Shown: positions 1 to 8,585 of the stretch, one piece after another
How positions within the stretch are numbered: the stretch's first letter is position 1
Layout: each line of letters opens with the position of its first letter
From: Candidatus Rifleibacteriota bacterium
Lineage (GTDB): Bacteria; Muiribacteriota; Ozemobacteria; Ozemobacterales; Ozemobacteraceae
Reading direction: 5' to 3'
DNA: 23,466 bases
NCBI GenBank assembly: GCA_051747585.1
Contig: JBNJGH010000049.1
Span: forward strand, 1 to 23,466
Notes under the pieces: model-generated
Databases searched by the model: none
Told to the model about the DNA's origin: nothing
Seen by the model: the letters and a program-made list of their open reading frames with translations, nothing else
Made by a program: the position numbers and the translations under genes

Positions 1-1
1 T

Positions 2-1033
2 GCTCTTCAAACTCAACCTACAGAACCAGTTAATTTCGCTATTCAGCAAATAAAAAACTATTTTGCCAAAACAAATTTTGATTTCAGCAAAATAAGTTTA
101 GATCTGAGCTCTTGCAATAACTTTGCAAAGAAAATTTACAAAACTTTACAAAAAACCGAACCGGGAGACACCGTAAGTTACAAAACACTCGCTCTTTCCA
201 TCGATAAGCCCGGGGCATCAAGAGCTGTCGGAAAGGCAACGGGAGCCAACCCGATTCCCTTAATTATTCCATGCCATAGAGTAATTAAGTCAGATGGAAA
301 AATTGGAGGCTTTTCATCAAGCGAAGGTATCAGCCAGAAAATTGAAATGCTGGAAATCGAAGGGGTAAGACTAAACAGTAAAAAAAATCTGGTTTTGCCT
401 CCCGAAACTCTTTCTGAACAGAATATTGCGACAGGAATTGAATTCATTTGCAAACAGGATTCGAAGCTAAATAAATTTGTGAAACAATTACCGGAATTCA
501 AACTTAATGTAGATACAATTTCATCACCTTTTCAGTCTTTACTAGAGGCAATTGTTTACCAACAGTTAACCGGCAAAGCAGCTGAAACCATTTACAAAAA
601 ACTTCTTGATCTCTTCTGCTCAAACGGAAAGGTGCAGCCCCTTGATATTATAAGAGCTCCTGACAATGAGCTCAGAGAAGTCGGCCTTTCGCAAAACAAG
701 ATTCTGGCTGCCAAAGATCTTGCCGAAAAAACCTTCGAGGGAATTGTACCAAATTTACACCAATTGGAGCGGATGTCTGATTTTGACATAATAAGCTCCC
801 TGGCGAAAATTAGAGGTATAGGTCGCTGGACCGTTGAAATGCTGCTGCTTTTTAAATTGGGGCGCCCTGATATTCTGGCAATCGATGATTATGGACTCCG
901 CAAAGGTTATGCAATATTAAAGAATAAAGAAAACCTTCCTTCTCCGGTTGAGTTAAAGAAGGAAGGTCGGGCCTTCAGGCCATGGCGGACAATTTTATCA
1001 TGGTATTTGTGGAGAATAGCAGAAACAGGATAG
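2..1033 (+). CDS. ogt-alkA: Fused methylated-DNA-protein-cysteine methyltransferase (Ogt/MGMT) and DNA-3-methyladenine glycosylase II (AlkA family); 5' end outside window
   Basis: The frame of the 347..1033 ORF is open back to nt 2. It reads ...PGDTVSYKTLALSIDKPGASRAVGKATGANPIPLIIPCHRVIKSDGKIGGFS..., with RAVG and the active-site PCHRV at 269-283. It continues without a stop into the AlkA-like SPFQSLLEAIVYQQL and the HhH region LAKIRGIGRWTVEMLLLFKLGRPDILAIDDYGLR...RPWRT. Confidence 0.9.
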   Translation, partial: ALQTQPTEPVNFAIQQIKNYFAKTNFDFSKISLDLSSCNNFAKKIYKTLQKTEPGDTVSYKTLALSIDKPGASRAVGKATGANPIPLIIPCHRVIKSDGKIGGFSSSEGISQKIEMLEIEGVRLNSKKNLVLPPETLSEQNIATGIEFICKQDSKLNKFVKQLPEFKLNVDTISSPFQSLLEAIVYQQLTGKAAETIYKKLLDLFCSNGKVQPLDIIRAPDNELREVGLSQNKILAAKDLAEKTFEGIVPNLHQLERMSDFDIISSLAKIRGIGRWTVEMLLLFKLGRPDILAIDDYGLRKGYAILKNKENLPSPVELKKEGRAFRPWRTILSWYLWRIAETG

Positions 1034-1043
1034 CTTAAACGAA

Positions 1044-1802
1044 TCAGCTTTTCTGATTTGCCCTAAGCTTTTCGGTCCAGACCTGGTAACCATTTTTCAT
1101 TCTGGCGAAAATCGAATTGCGACGACGACTTATAGATTTGGGGAATTTGGCAGGTGCAGCATTCTGTAATTCTCGACATCTCGAAACGTATGCACGTTCC
1201 ACATCACTCTTTGCGGCATTTGGACTAACTTGCAGAAGCCTGAAAAAGTCTCTTAAGGCAAGTTCTTCTTTTAAACGTCGTGCATTACCGAAATAGTCGA
1301 AAGGCTTTCTTGCAAAGAAAAGAGGTTTTTGTTTATCTTGTTTCGAAAACCCAAAAACAATAATTTCAGGCATTTTTGTTTCAGTTTTTCTTTTGAGCCC
1401 AACACTCTGTACCAGAAAACGCCAGATCGAAGGTAGGATCCAACCTTGATCCGGAATAAAAAGCTCAGTTTTTTCCTCTTTTCCATCAGACAAGTTTACA
1501 AACCTCCCGGAAAGCGCAAAATCTGCAATATGATCTGGGCTGCCAATAAAAGGTTCAAATAACTCAAGGGTTTCCATATCGGCCAGAAAAGTAATCAAGA
1601 AAACGCTGTCTGGAAAGTTATCTGCCGGTTTAAGACTGGTTATTATTCTAATTCCTTCCAACCTGGTTTCGCTGGCTTCAAAAAATATATCTTTTATTTC
1701 GATTTCAGTATTATTTTTTTCTTTGATCGAACCGAGAGTCGAGAACCAGTTCCCGAAGTCGCGCCATTTGAATGGCAAAACGAACCTCTCCGAATCAATC
1801 AT
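1044..1802 (-). CDS. Hypothetical protein with C-terminal DnaJ/J-domain-like region lacking HPD
   Basis: 252-aa ORF with a purine-rich RBS (GAAAGGGGG) upstream. The C-terminus DFFRLLQVSPNAAKSDVERAY...FARMKNGYQVWTE parallels J-domain helices I-III. Confidence 0.6.
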   Translation of the reverse strand: MIDSERFVLPFKWRDFGNWFSTLGSIKEKNNTEIEIKDIFFEASETRLEGIRIITSLKPADNFPDSVFLITFLADMETLELFEPFIGSPDHIADFALSGRFVNLSDGKEEKTELFIPDQGWILPSIWRFLVQSVGLKRKTETKMPEIIVFGFSKQDKQKPLFFARKPFDYFGNARRLKEELALRDFFRLLQVSPNAAKSDVERAYVSRCRELQNAAPAKFPKSISRRRNSIFARMKNGYQVWTEKLRANQKS

Positions 1803-1973
1803 ATTTTGCCCCCTTTCTAGTTTTATTGTACACGCAAAATTTAAATTACGCCACGAGGCTTGAATTACAAAATATTACTTTTTGGTTTACATCCCCTGTT
1901 TTCGGGTAATAAAAAAATAAAAAAATGTTAATATTATATATTGCCAATTAGTATTTGTCGGAGCATTAAAAAA

Positions 1974-3116
1974 ATGAAAAAATATTCCTTGTTGTTTCTC
2001 TTGTTGTTAATACCTTTAATTCAAGTTTTTTCTGCAGATTTTTCCAGTAAAATTACCAGTATTAATGCCGCTGGTTTTCCGAGCATTGAAATAATGCTTA
2101 AAATTTTTAACCCCGAAGAGCAGATCATTAACGCAGACCATTTTGCAATAAGCGAAGATTCCAACCCAATAAAAGACTTTGCTCTGACTGCCAGAATGAA
2201 CACAATGTACATGACCCTGATAATCGACAGATCTTCAAGCATAAAACCTGCTATGAACCAGGTTAAAAAGGCAGCTGCACAATTTATTAAAAGCATGGCA
2301 AAGCATGCCCGGATCTCAATTTTATCTTTTGCCAGCGATCTTGATTATTGCCATGACTTCTCGCAGAATGTCAGAAGCCTGATTCAATCTATTGTTAAAA
2401 TTCGCCCCTGGGGAGGTACAGCTCTTTATGATGCTTTATACTCAGCCTGCGAAGAAATTCACATGAAAGCAGGGCGCAACGACCTGAAAACGGTTATCTG
2501 CCTCACTGATGGAAGAGACAGCACCCCAGGCGGAAAAAGCCCATTTTCGACTCATTCAGCTGATGAGGTAATAAGTTACGCGCAAAAATACAAAGTGAGA
2601 ATAATAACAGTTGGGCTTGGGAATAATCTTAACGCAAGGCTGTTAAAAGAATTTGCAGAAAAAACCGGCGGCTGGTATTTACAAACCGCTTCAGCCCAGA
2701 GGCTTACTGAGCTTTATGCCGCCTTAAGCAACAGAATGAAACTCGAAAAATATTACAGCTTAACCTATACATCGCCCAAACCCCAGCCAGATGACACAAC
2801 TCGAATAGTTCAAATTCATAATGAACTAAAAGGAAAAAAAGACCAGGTTCAGGGTAAATACACGGCACCAAAAAGGTCGGTTCACATTCCGCAAAAAGAA
2901 GAGAAGGAAACTAAGAAAAATAAGTTCAACTTGGACAAGAAAACCCTTGAAGATATCTTTGAAGGAAATTCATACCTGGATCAATCTGTAGATACTGAAC
3001 TTAAAGAACTGCCTCTTAAAGAGGTAATTGAAAATGAATTAGAAGATAATTCAGACTTGAATGAACCGGCTGAAAAAGAGGTTGAAGAAATTCCCTTAAT
3101 AGATATTATTGATTAG
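1974..3116 (+). CDS. Secreted von Willebrand factor A (VWA) domain protein with acidic C-terminal tail
   Basis: Likely start is ATG 1974 (GGAG at 1960-1963, followed by signal peptide MKKYSLLFLLLLIPLIQVFSA). Intact MIDAS motif: DRSSS, GGTALYDA, LTDG. Confidence 0.85.
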   Translation: MKKYSLLFLLLLIPLIQVFSADFSSKITSINAAGFPSIEIMLKIFNPEEQIINADHFAISEDSNPIKDFALTARMNTMYMTLIIDRSSSIKPAMNQVKKAAAQFIKSMAKHARISILSFASDLDYCHDFSQNVRSLIQSIVKIRPWGGTALYDALYSACEEIHMKAGRNDLKTVICLTDGRDSTPGGKSPFSTHSADEVISYAQKYKVRIITVGLGNNLNARLLKEFAEKTGGWYLQTASAQRLTELYAALSNRMKLEKYYSLTYTSPKPQPDDTTRIVQIHNELKGKKDQVQGKYTAPKRSVHIPQKEEKETKKNKFNLDKKTLEDIFEGNSYLDQSVDTELKELPLKEVIENELEDNSDLNEPAEKEVEEIPLIDIID

Positions 3117-3792
3117 CCTTTGATTTATTCAAATAATGTCTAAGTAGATTAATAGAAAAACTTTTGCCGTGCCCCGGATAAATACGCCGGATTTTCATGC
3201 GGGAAATATTTTTCCAGCTTTGCATCAGCTCAGTCTGATTATCTGCAAAAGGTGGATATATTTTACCAGGCAGCAGATGAAAAAAGGTATCACCACAAAA
3301 AAGCTCAGCTTCGAACTCTACACATGCAGAACCCTTTGTGTGTCCGGGTGTGTGAAAACAGCGTATAGTTTTGCCGCCAAATGGCAAACTTATACTCTGA
3401 CTAAAAGTATAATCACAACTAACAGGTTTAAACTTGATACAACTGTTAAAAAGCAGACAACCCAACCAGGAAACCTGTTTAGCAAACCAGATAGTACCTG
3501 CCGGAACCGGGCTTTCGCCTTTGAGAAGATTTTGTGCTGCCAGCTTTTGCGCAATCACAGGCACAGAAAATTCTTTTTGCAGCCGGGATATACATCCGAC
3601 ATGATCGTAATGAGCATGGGTAACAAAAATATATTTAAGAGCGGCAGAAGGCACAAGGTCTTCTGCCGCTCTTAGAATTTTACTGCTTTGCTGGCCTAAT
3701 CCGCCATCGATAAGTGCAAGGTCATTGTTGCAGGCTAATAAATAAGCATTTGAATTTCCCAGAAACAGCTGTTTTATTTTAACCTTACTCAT
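3106..3792 (-). CDS. MBL-fold metallo-hydrolase (glyoxalase II-like)
   Basis: Metal-binding motifs LIDGG, THAHYDH, HTPGHT, GDT and PGHG. Confidence 0.9.
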   Translation of the reverse strand: MSKVKIKQLFLGNSNAYLLACNNDLALIDGGLGQQSSKILRAAEDLVPSAALKYIFVTHAHYDHVGCISRLQKEFSVPVIAQKLAAQNLLKGESPVPAGTIWFAKQVSWLGCLLFNSCIKFKPVSCDYTFSQSISLPFGGKTIRCFHTPGHTKGSACVEFEAELFCGDTFFHLLPGKIYPPFADNQTELMQSWKNISRMKIRRIYPGHGKSFSINLLRHYLNKSKANQ

Positions 3793-3821
3793 AGCAACTT
3801 ATCTTCAAACAATTCAGACGA

Positions 3822-5768
3822 CTACTTGCGAATCAGCATAATATGCGCGGGCTCGTCTTTGGGGTCGAGCTCGACATAATTCTTGCTGCCTCTCCACAAA
3901 TATCTTCGATCAGTCAGCAGGTCATGAACCTGATACTCGTCACTTTCTTTTAAGCCAAATTTATTTACCGGCAAATAAACGAAAGAATTCTGAGTTTTAA
4001 ACGGATCAAGATTAACAATAATGATCAAATGCTGGTCACCCAGAGATTTGCCATAGAAGAGAACCTTATCGTTGTCGGCGGGATAAAATTCCAGGTTATC
4101 GAGTTCCTGCATTGCGGGAAAATCCTCGCGAATCTGATTCAATCTGGAAATCAGTCCTTTAATATTGCCCGGCGCGTTCCAGTCGCGGGTTCGAATTTCG
4201 TATTTATCGCTATGCATATATTCTTCGCGACCGGGTATAGGTTCTCCTTCGCAAAGTTCAAAGCCCTGAAACATTCCGTAAATACTTGACAAAGTAGTTG
4301 CAAGCACCGCTCTTATTTTGTAGGCAGGCCGCCCTCCATTCTGGAGAAAGGGTGGAAAAATATCAGGTGTATTGGTAAAAAGATTGGGTCGGTAATACCA
4401 ACATTCCGGCGGTGTGGTTAACTCTTCAAAGTAATCTTTAAGTTCGTGTTTTTCATTTCGCCAGGTAAAATAAGTATATGATTGAGTAAAGCCCAGCTTA
4501 GCCAGTGCCTTCATAACTTTTGGCCTGGTAAAAGCTTCTGCAAGAAAAATAACATCAGGATATTTTTTTTGCACCTCATGAATAACCCATTCCCAGAAAG
4601 CAAAGGGCTTGGTATGCGGGTTATCTACTCTGAAAATTTTAACACCTTTTTTTGCCCAGAAAAGCAGAAGCCTTCGCATTTCTTTCCAGATGCCTTTGGC
4701 ATCATGGGAATCGAAGTTTAAAGGATAAATATCTTCATATTTCTTAGGGGGATTTTCAGCATATTTTATTGTTCCATCCGGTCTTTTGCTGAACCATTCC
4801 GGATGCTCCTTAAGATAAGGATGATCGGGAGAACAGTTAATGGCAAAATCAAGAGCGATCTCGAGACCATGTTTTTTGCATTCCTTAACCAGTTTAGAAA
4901 AATCTTTGAAGTTTCCCAGAGCGGGTTCGATGCTGTCGTGCCCACCATGTTCATTTCCGACAGAATAAGGGCATCCGGGGTCGCCTGTTGCGGATTGCAG
5001 ACTATTGTTAGGCCCTTTTCTTTTTGAATAACCAACCGGATGTATCGGAGGAAAATACAAAACATTAAAACCCATTCCTGCGATATCGGGAAGTCTTTTA
5101 ATAACGTCCTTAAATGTGCCTCCGACCCCGGGAGTGTATCCACAAGATCTGGGGAAGCATTCATACCATGCAGCGTATCTGGCTCTTATACGATCAACTC
5201 TTACTGCATATTCCCGGCTTTCTACTCTTGAAGCAGGGTTCGGGTGAAATGCAAGAAGATTCGTAAGTTTTGGGGAACTCAAAATATGCCACTTCTGCAA
5301 AAGACCGGGAGCTACTTCAATTTTTTCCAGCAACCCCTTTACCATTTCCTGCTCTATATCTGGCAGCCAGGTCATATATTGCTTTATCAGCCTTAGGCCC
5401 TCGAGAATATCAGACTCAAAATCGGTATCAGCTTCGATTTTTTTCCCTGTATCAATGACCCAGGTCTTGTAATCATCACAATAAGCTACTATCTGATATT
5501 TATGATAGCCGATTTTATCCATTTCGCAGCTGGCTTCCCATAGATCGAGACCGGGATTTGTGCACTCCATCTTTATCTGCTGCCAATGTCTTTTACCCGG
5601 ACTTTTGAGCTCAACTCTGGCACAAATTTTTTCATGCCCGTCTCTAAAAATATCTGCAGCGATTTTAAGCTGATCGCCTTCTTCAAGCTTTATTGGATAA
5701 CGTCCGTTATCTATTAAAGGTCTGACATTTTCAATTAAAATTCTTTTTCTATGCTTGTTGCTACTCAT
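3822..5768 (-). CDS. glgE: Alpha-1,4-glucan:maltose-1-phosphate maltosyltransferase (GH13_3)
   Basis: ADIFRDGHE, WYECFPRS, YFPPIHPVG and YAENPPKKYEDIYP are present. Catalytic motifs are FRVDNPHTKP, FLAEAFTRP and TNTPDI; GFTQSYTYFTWRN is also conserved. Confidence 0.97.
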   Translation of the reverse strand: MSSNKHRKRILIENVRPLIDNGRYPIKLEEGDQLKIAADIFRDGHEKICARVELKSPGKRHWQQIKMECTNPGLDLWEASCEMDKIGYHKYQIVAYCDDYKTWVIDTGKKIEADTDFESDILEGLRLIKQYMTWLPDIEQEMVKGLLEKIEVAPGLLQKWHILSSPKLTNLLAFHPNPASRVESREYAVRVDRIRARYAAWYECFPRSCGYTPGVGGTFKDVIKRLPDIAGMGFNVLYFPPIHPVGYSKRKGPNNSLQSATGDPGCPYSVGNEHGGHDSIEPALGNFKDFSKLVKECKKHGLEIALDFAINCSPDHPYLKEHPEWFSKRPDGTIKYAENPPKKYEDIYPLNFDSHDAKGIWKEMRRLLLFWAKKGVKIFRVDNPHTKPFAFWEWVIHEVQKKYPDVIFLAEAFTRPKVMKALAKLGFTQSYTYFTWRNEKHELKDYFEELTTPPECWYYRPNLFTNTPDIFPPFLQNGGRPAYKIRAVLATTLSSIYGMFQGFELCEGEPIPGREEYMHSDKYEIRTRDWNAPGNIKGLISRLNQIREDFPAMQELDNLEFYPADNDKVLFYGKSLGDQHLIIIVNLDPFKTQNSFVYLPVNKFGLKESDEYQVHDLLTDRRYLWRGSKNYVELDPKDEPAHIMLIRK

Positions 5769-5770
5769 AA

Positions 5771-6976
5771 TTACCCCGTTATTAATGTTTTATATAATTC
5801 GGTTGTCTGTTTGGCAATTGCTTTCCAGCTGAAAACCTCTTCAACCCTTTTTCTGCCGGCTTTTGCCATCTTTTCGCGCAAAGAATCATCTTTCATAACG
5901 CGATTTACAGCGTTAGCCAGATCCCTGGCAAAGACCTCGGGTTCGGTGGCTTCAAACGGAGATTTATCCATTTGCTTCAAGGGTACAAGCAAGCCGGTTT
6001 CTTCATCGACAACTACTTCCGGAATGCCGCCCACAGCGCTGGCAACAACCGGTGTTTCACAGGCCATGGCTTCAAGATTAATTATACCAAAGGGCTCATA
6101 AATAGAAGGACAACAGAAAGCTCCGGCATGTGAATATAGCTCTATCAGAGTCTTTTTATCTACCATCTCGGCTATCCAGAAAACATTGTCACGATCTGCC
6201 GTAGCTTTTTTAAATCCTTCTTCCATTTCTTTTTCGATTTCTGGCGTATCAGGGGCGCCGGCGCAAAGCACAACGGGAATATCAGGATCGAGATGTTTTA
6301 TACTGTTTACAAGATGAATAATACCTTTTTGTCTGGCAATGCGTCCAACAAATAAAAGATAAGGCTTATTCGGATCAATACCATATTTTTCAAAACAGCT
6401 TTTTGTATTAACTTTTACAAATTCTTCAGTATCGATACCGTTATAAATCATTTTAAGCTTTTCAGGAGCAACATTAAAAAACTGGTTTATATCCTTTTTG
6501 GTTCCATTACTCACAGCAATAACAGCATCGGCCATTTCGACAGCAGTCTTTTCGACCCAAAGAGAAAAATCATAACCTCCACCAAGCTGCTCACGTTTCC
6601 AGGGGCGCAATGGTTCAAGCGAATGGGTAGTAACTACGAGTGGAACACCGAAATTAAGTTTTGCCCATATCCCAGCCATGTGAGTATACCAGGTATGGCA
6701 ATGAACGACGTCAGCGTCTATACCGGCACCCACGGCCTGCAAATCTCTATCTATTGTTTTAAATACTGATTGAAGTCCACGGGGAAGCTTTTCATAAGTT
6801 GCTGAAGGTTCAAAACCTGTTACCGAAAACTTTGCGTTTTCGTTTTTTTGATCGCCATAACAGCGAACCTCTACATCTGCGAGCTTTGCTACTTCTTTAG
6901 AAAGATACTCAATGTGAACACCGGCACCACCATAAACATGAGGTGGATATTCGTTTGTTAAGTATAAAACCTTCAT
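5771..6976 (-). CDS. glgM: GT4 glycosyltransferase of the actinobacterial GlgA/GlgM type (probable alpha-maltose-1-phosphate synthase)
   Basis: LTNEYPPHVYGGAGVHIEYL, HCHTWYT, HSLEPLRPWKREQLGGGY, FVGRIARQKG, LCAGAPDTPE and PSIYEPFGIINLEAMAC. RBS AAGGAG upstream; the gene ends 2 nt before glgE. Confidence 0.9.
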   Translation of the reverse strand: MKVLYLTNEYPPHVYGGAGVHIEYLSKEVAKLADVEVRCYGDQKNENAKFSVTGFEPSATYEKLPRGLQSVFKTIDRDLQAVGAGIDADVVHCHTWYTHMAGIWAKLNFGVPLVVTTHSLEPLRPWKREQLGGGYDFSLWVEKTAVEMADAVIAVSNGTKKDINQFFNVAPEKLKMIYNGIDTEEFVKVNTKSCFEKYGIDPNKPYLLFVGRIARQKGIIHLVNSIKHLDPDIPVVLCAGAPDTPEIEKEMEEGFKKATADRDNVFWIAEMVDKKTLIELYSHAGAFCCPSIYEPFGIINLEAMACETPVVASAVGGIPEVVVDEETGLLVPLKQMDKSPFEATEPEVFARDLANAVNRVMKDDSLREKMAKAGRKRVEEVFSWKAIAKQTTELYKTLITG

Positions 6977-7006
6977 ATAATCTCTCCTTGCAATTTATTT
7001 ATATGC

Positions 7007-8461
7007 TTAAAACCCATGAATACTGCATTTAATCTCACTGGCATCGATAATTTCGTATTTTCCGCCATCGGGACACTGAGGAAGATTTTCCAGATATTCG
7101 TTGGCTAATAATTTTTCAAGCGTAACATTTTCTTCAGGATTATCGGAAACAAACATTTCAGTTGTAAGTTTAAGCATGCGACGATTGGCTGCACATTGAC
7201 CAGCCCGGGCAAATTTACGTGCGCGTTTATATCTGGGCATAATCATTTGCATAAGGTTGCCAGTTGCAGAGATAATTCCTGTAGCCAAAAAAGTTTCATT
7301 AATTTTATCGAGTTTGATTTGAAGCCGGCCTTTTGCTATTTCGCATTTTATCGCTTCCAGTGTATCGATTATGGAAACTTTTTCCTCATCAGCAGTCTCA
7401 GACAGCTTATTTAAAACAATATATTTCAATGTCAAAATCTGCTGACGGGCAATAGCCTTCCATTGTTGCAAAGCGGCCTCATCGTTGAAACCTGTTTTCA
7501 AAATGATCGAATTATTTTTGATTAGGAAGTGAAAAGCTTTAAAAGCTTCGATTCTTGGATCAACCATTTTCTCATGATTTAGTTTTATATCTGTTGGGTT
7601 TCTAATAGAACCATGCACAGAACAAACAGATAAATTTTTGTCCGCATCATCAAGAGCATAGACACCACCGGCGGGACAATGGGGCAAGCCTGCAAGAGAA
7701 CCTTTTTCTTTAAGCAGATTCAAATCAAGTTTATTCATGGACTTGCCGTTTTTAAGCAAGTACATATTCAAAGCATCATTAATTTTAATAAGATTCCTTA
7801 CACAAATAGCTTGCTGAGAAACAACATTTCTAGCTGCAAGCAACTCTTTAACTTTATTGAAATCAAGCTCGAACTCCAGCAAACTATCGCTTTTTTCGGG
7901 CAAACAACCTTTTAAAGAAGCTTTGCTCTTATCTGAATAAAAACGAAGCCCGTCGGGCAAAATTTGAAATATAAGATTGAAATTTTGCAAAGGAATTCTT
8001 ATTTCTACTATTTCATTGTTTTTTTTAAACGCTTTTAACTCTGCGGGGCTTTCAAACAGATTAAATAAATATTGATAGAACTCAACAGGATGAACCTTGG
8101 CATCAACCTGCATAAAAGGCTCGTAGTCAGAATTAATGACAAAATACAAGCCCCCGGAAGGTATAAAAAAACCTTTTGCAGTTAAATTTTTAACTTTTTT
8201 CAAAATCAGACTTAAATTAAAATCTGAAAGATTGAATAACTTCTTGAACAGGTTATTGATCTGTTTTCTCTTTAATTGATTCTCTGCTTTTAGTAAATCT
8301 TCTGCCTGTTCGGTGCATAGCTTATAAATAGACGACAAATCAATAAATGAGCGGGCAAGAATACTGTTTTCAATTCTATCAATTGGTGGTTTGGCCAAAA
8401 GGTTGAGTGATCCTGCTACAAACAGCAACAGAACAACAATCTTTGCGACGGCTTTGATCAT
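7007..8461 (-). CDS. Exported hypothetical protein with two pilin-head-like C..N/CPxGGxY/CSxHG modules
   Basis: N-terminal signal-like hydrophobic segment. Internal module AICVRNL...LPHCPAGGVY...CSVHG and C-terminal module GQCAANRR...LPQCPDGGKY...CSIHG. RBS GGGAG upstream. Confidence 0.7.
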   Translation of the reverse strand: MIKAVAKIVVLLLFVAGSLNLLAKPPIDRIENSILARSFIDLSSIYKLCTEQAEDLLKAENQLKRKQINNLFKKLFNLSDFNLSLILKKVKNLTAKGFFIPSGGLYFVINSDYEPFMQVDAKVHPVEFYQYLFNLFESPAELKAFKKNNEIVEIRIPLQNFNLIFQILPDGLRFYSDKSKASLKGCLPEKSDSLLEFELDFNKVKELLAARNVVSQQAICVRNLIKINDALNMYLLKNGKSMNKLDLNLLKEKGSLAGLPHCPAGGVYALDDADKNLSVCSVHGSIRNPTDIKLNHEKMVDPRIEAFKAFHFLIKNNSIILKTGFNDEAALQQWKAIARQQILTLKYIVLNKLSETADEEKVSIIDTLEAIKCEIAKGRLQIKLDKINETFLATGIISATGNLMQMIMPRYKRARKFARAGQCAANRRMLKLTTEMFVSDNPEENVTLEKLLANEYLENLPQCPDGGKYEIIDASEIKCSIHGF

Positions 8462-8536
8462 AAGTTTCTCCCTGAAGTATATCTGATTCTACTACAAAGT
8501 TTGGCCAATTTCGATGAAAAACTGGCAAAAACGCAT

Positions 8537-8573
8537 AAAAAAAGGGCTATTCCTATAACTGGAACAGCCCTTT
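8537..8573 (-). terminator. Rho-independent terminator of the M48 peptidase gene
   Basis: The minus strand reads AAAGGGCTGTTCC-AGTTATA-GGAATAGCCCTTT-TTTT: a stem with one G:U pair followed by a U-run, starting 12 nt after the stop at 8586. Confidence 0.85.
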
Positions 8574-8585
8574 AATTTTTATAAA

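Noticed and set aside
347..1033. Standalone 228-aa AlkA starting at ATG 347
   Set aside because: The frame is open to the window edge and encodes an Ogt domain, so ATG 347 is internal.
1941..1973. TTG start of the VWA gene at 1941
   Set aside because: The RBS and signal peptide fit ATG 1974.
3106..3792. Metallo-beta-lactamase resistance gene
   Set aside because: It has no signal peptide and only generic MBL-fold motifs, so a cytoplasmic hydrolase is more likely.
7007..8461. c-type cytochrome or true prepilin
   Set aside because: There is no CxxCH motif (the motifs are CSxHG) and no N-terminal G|FxxxE prepilin site.
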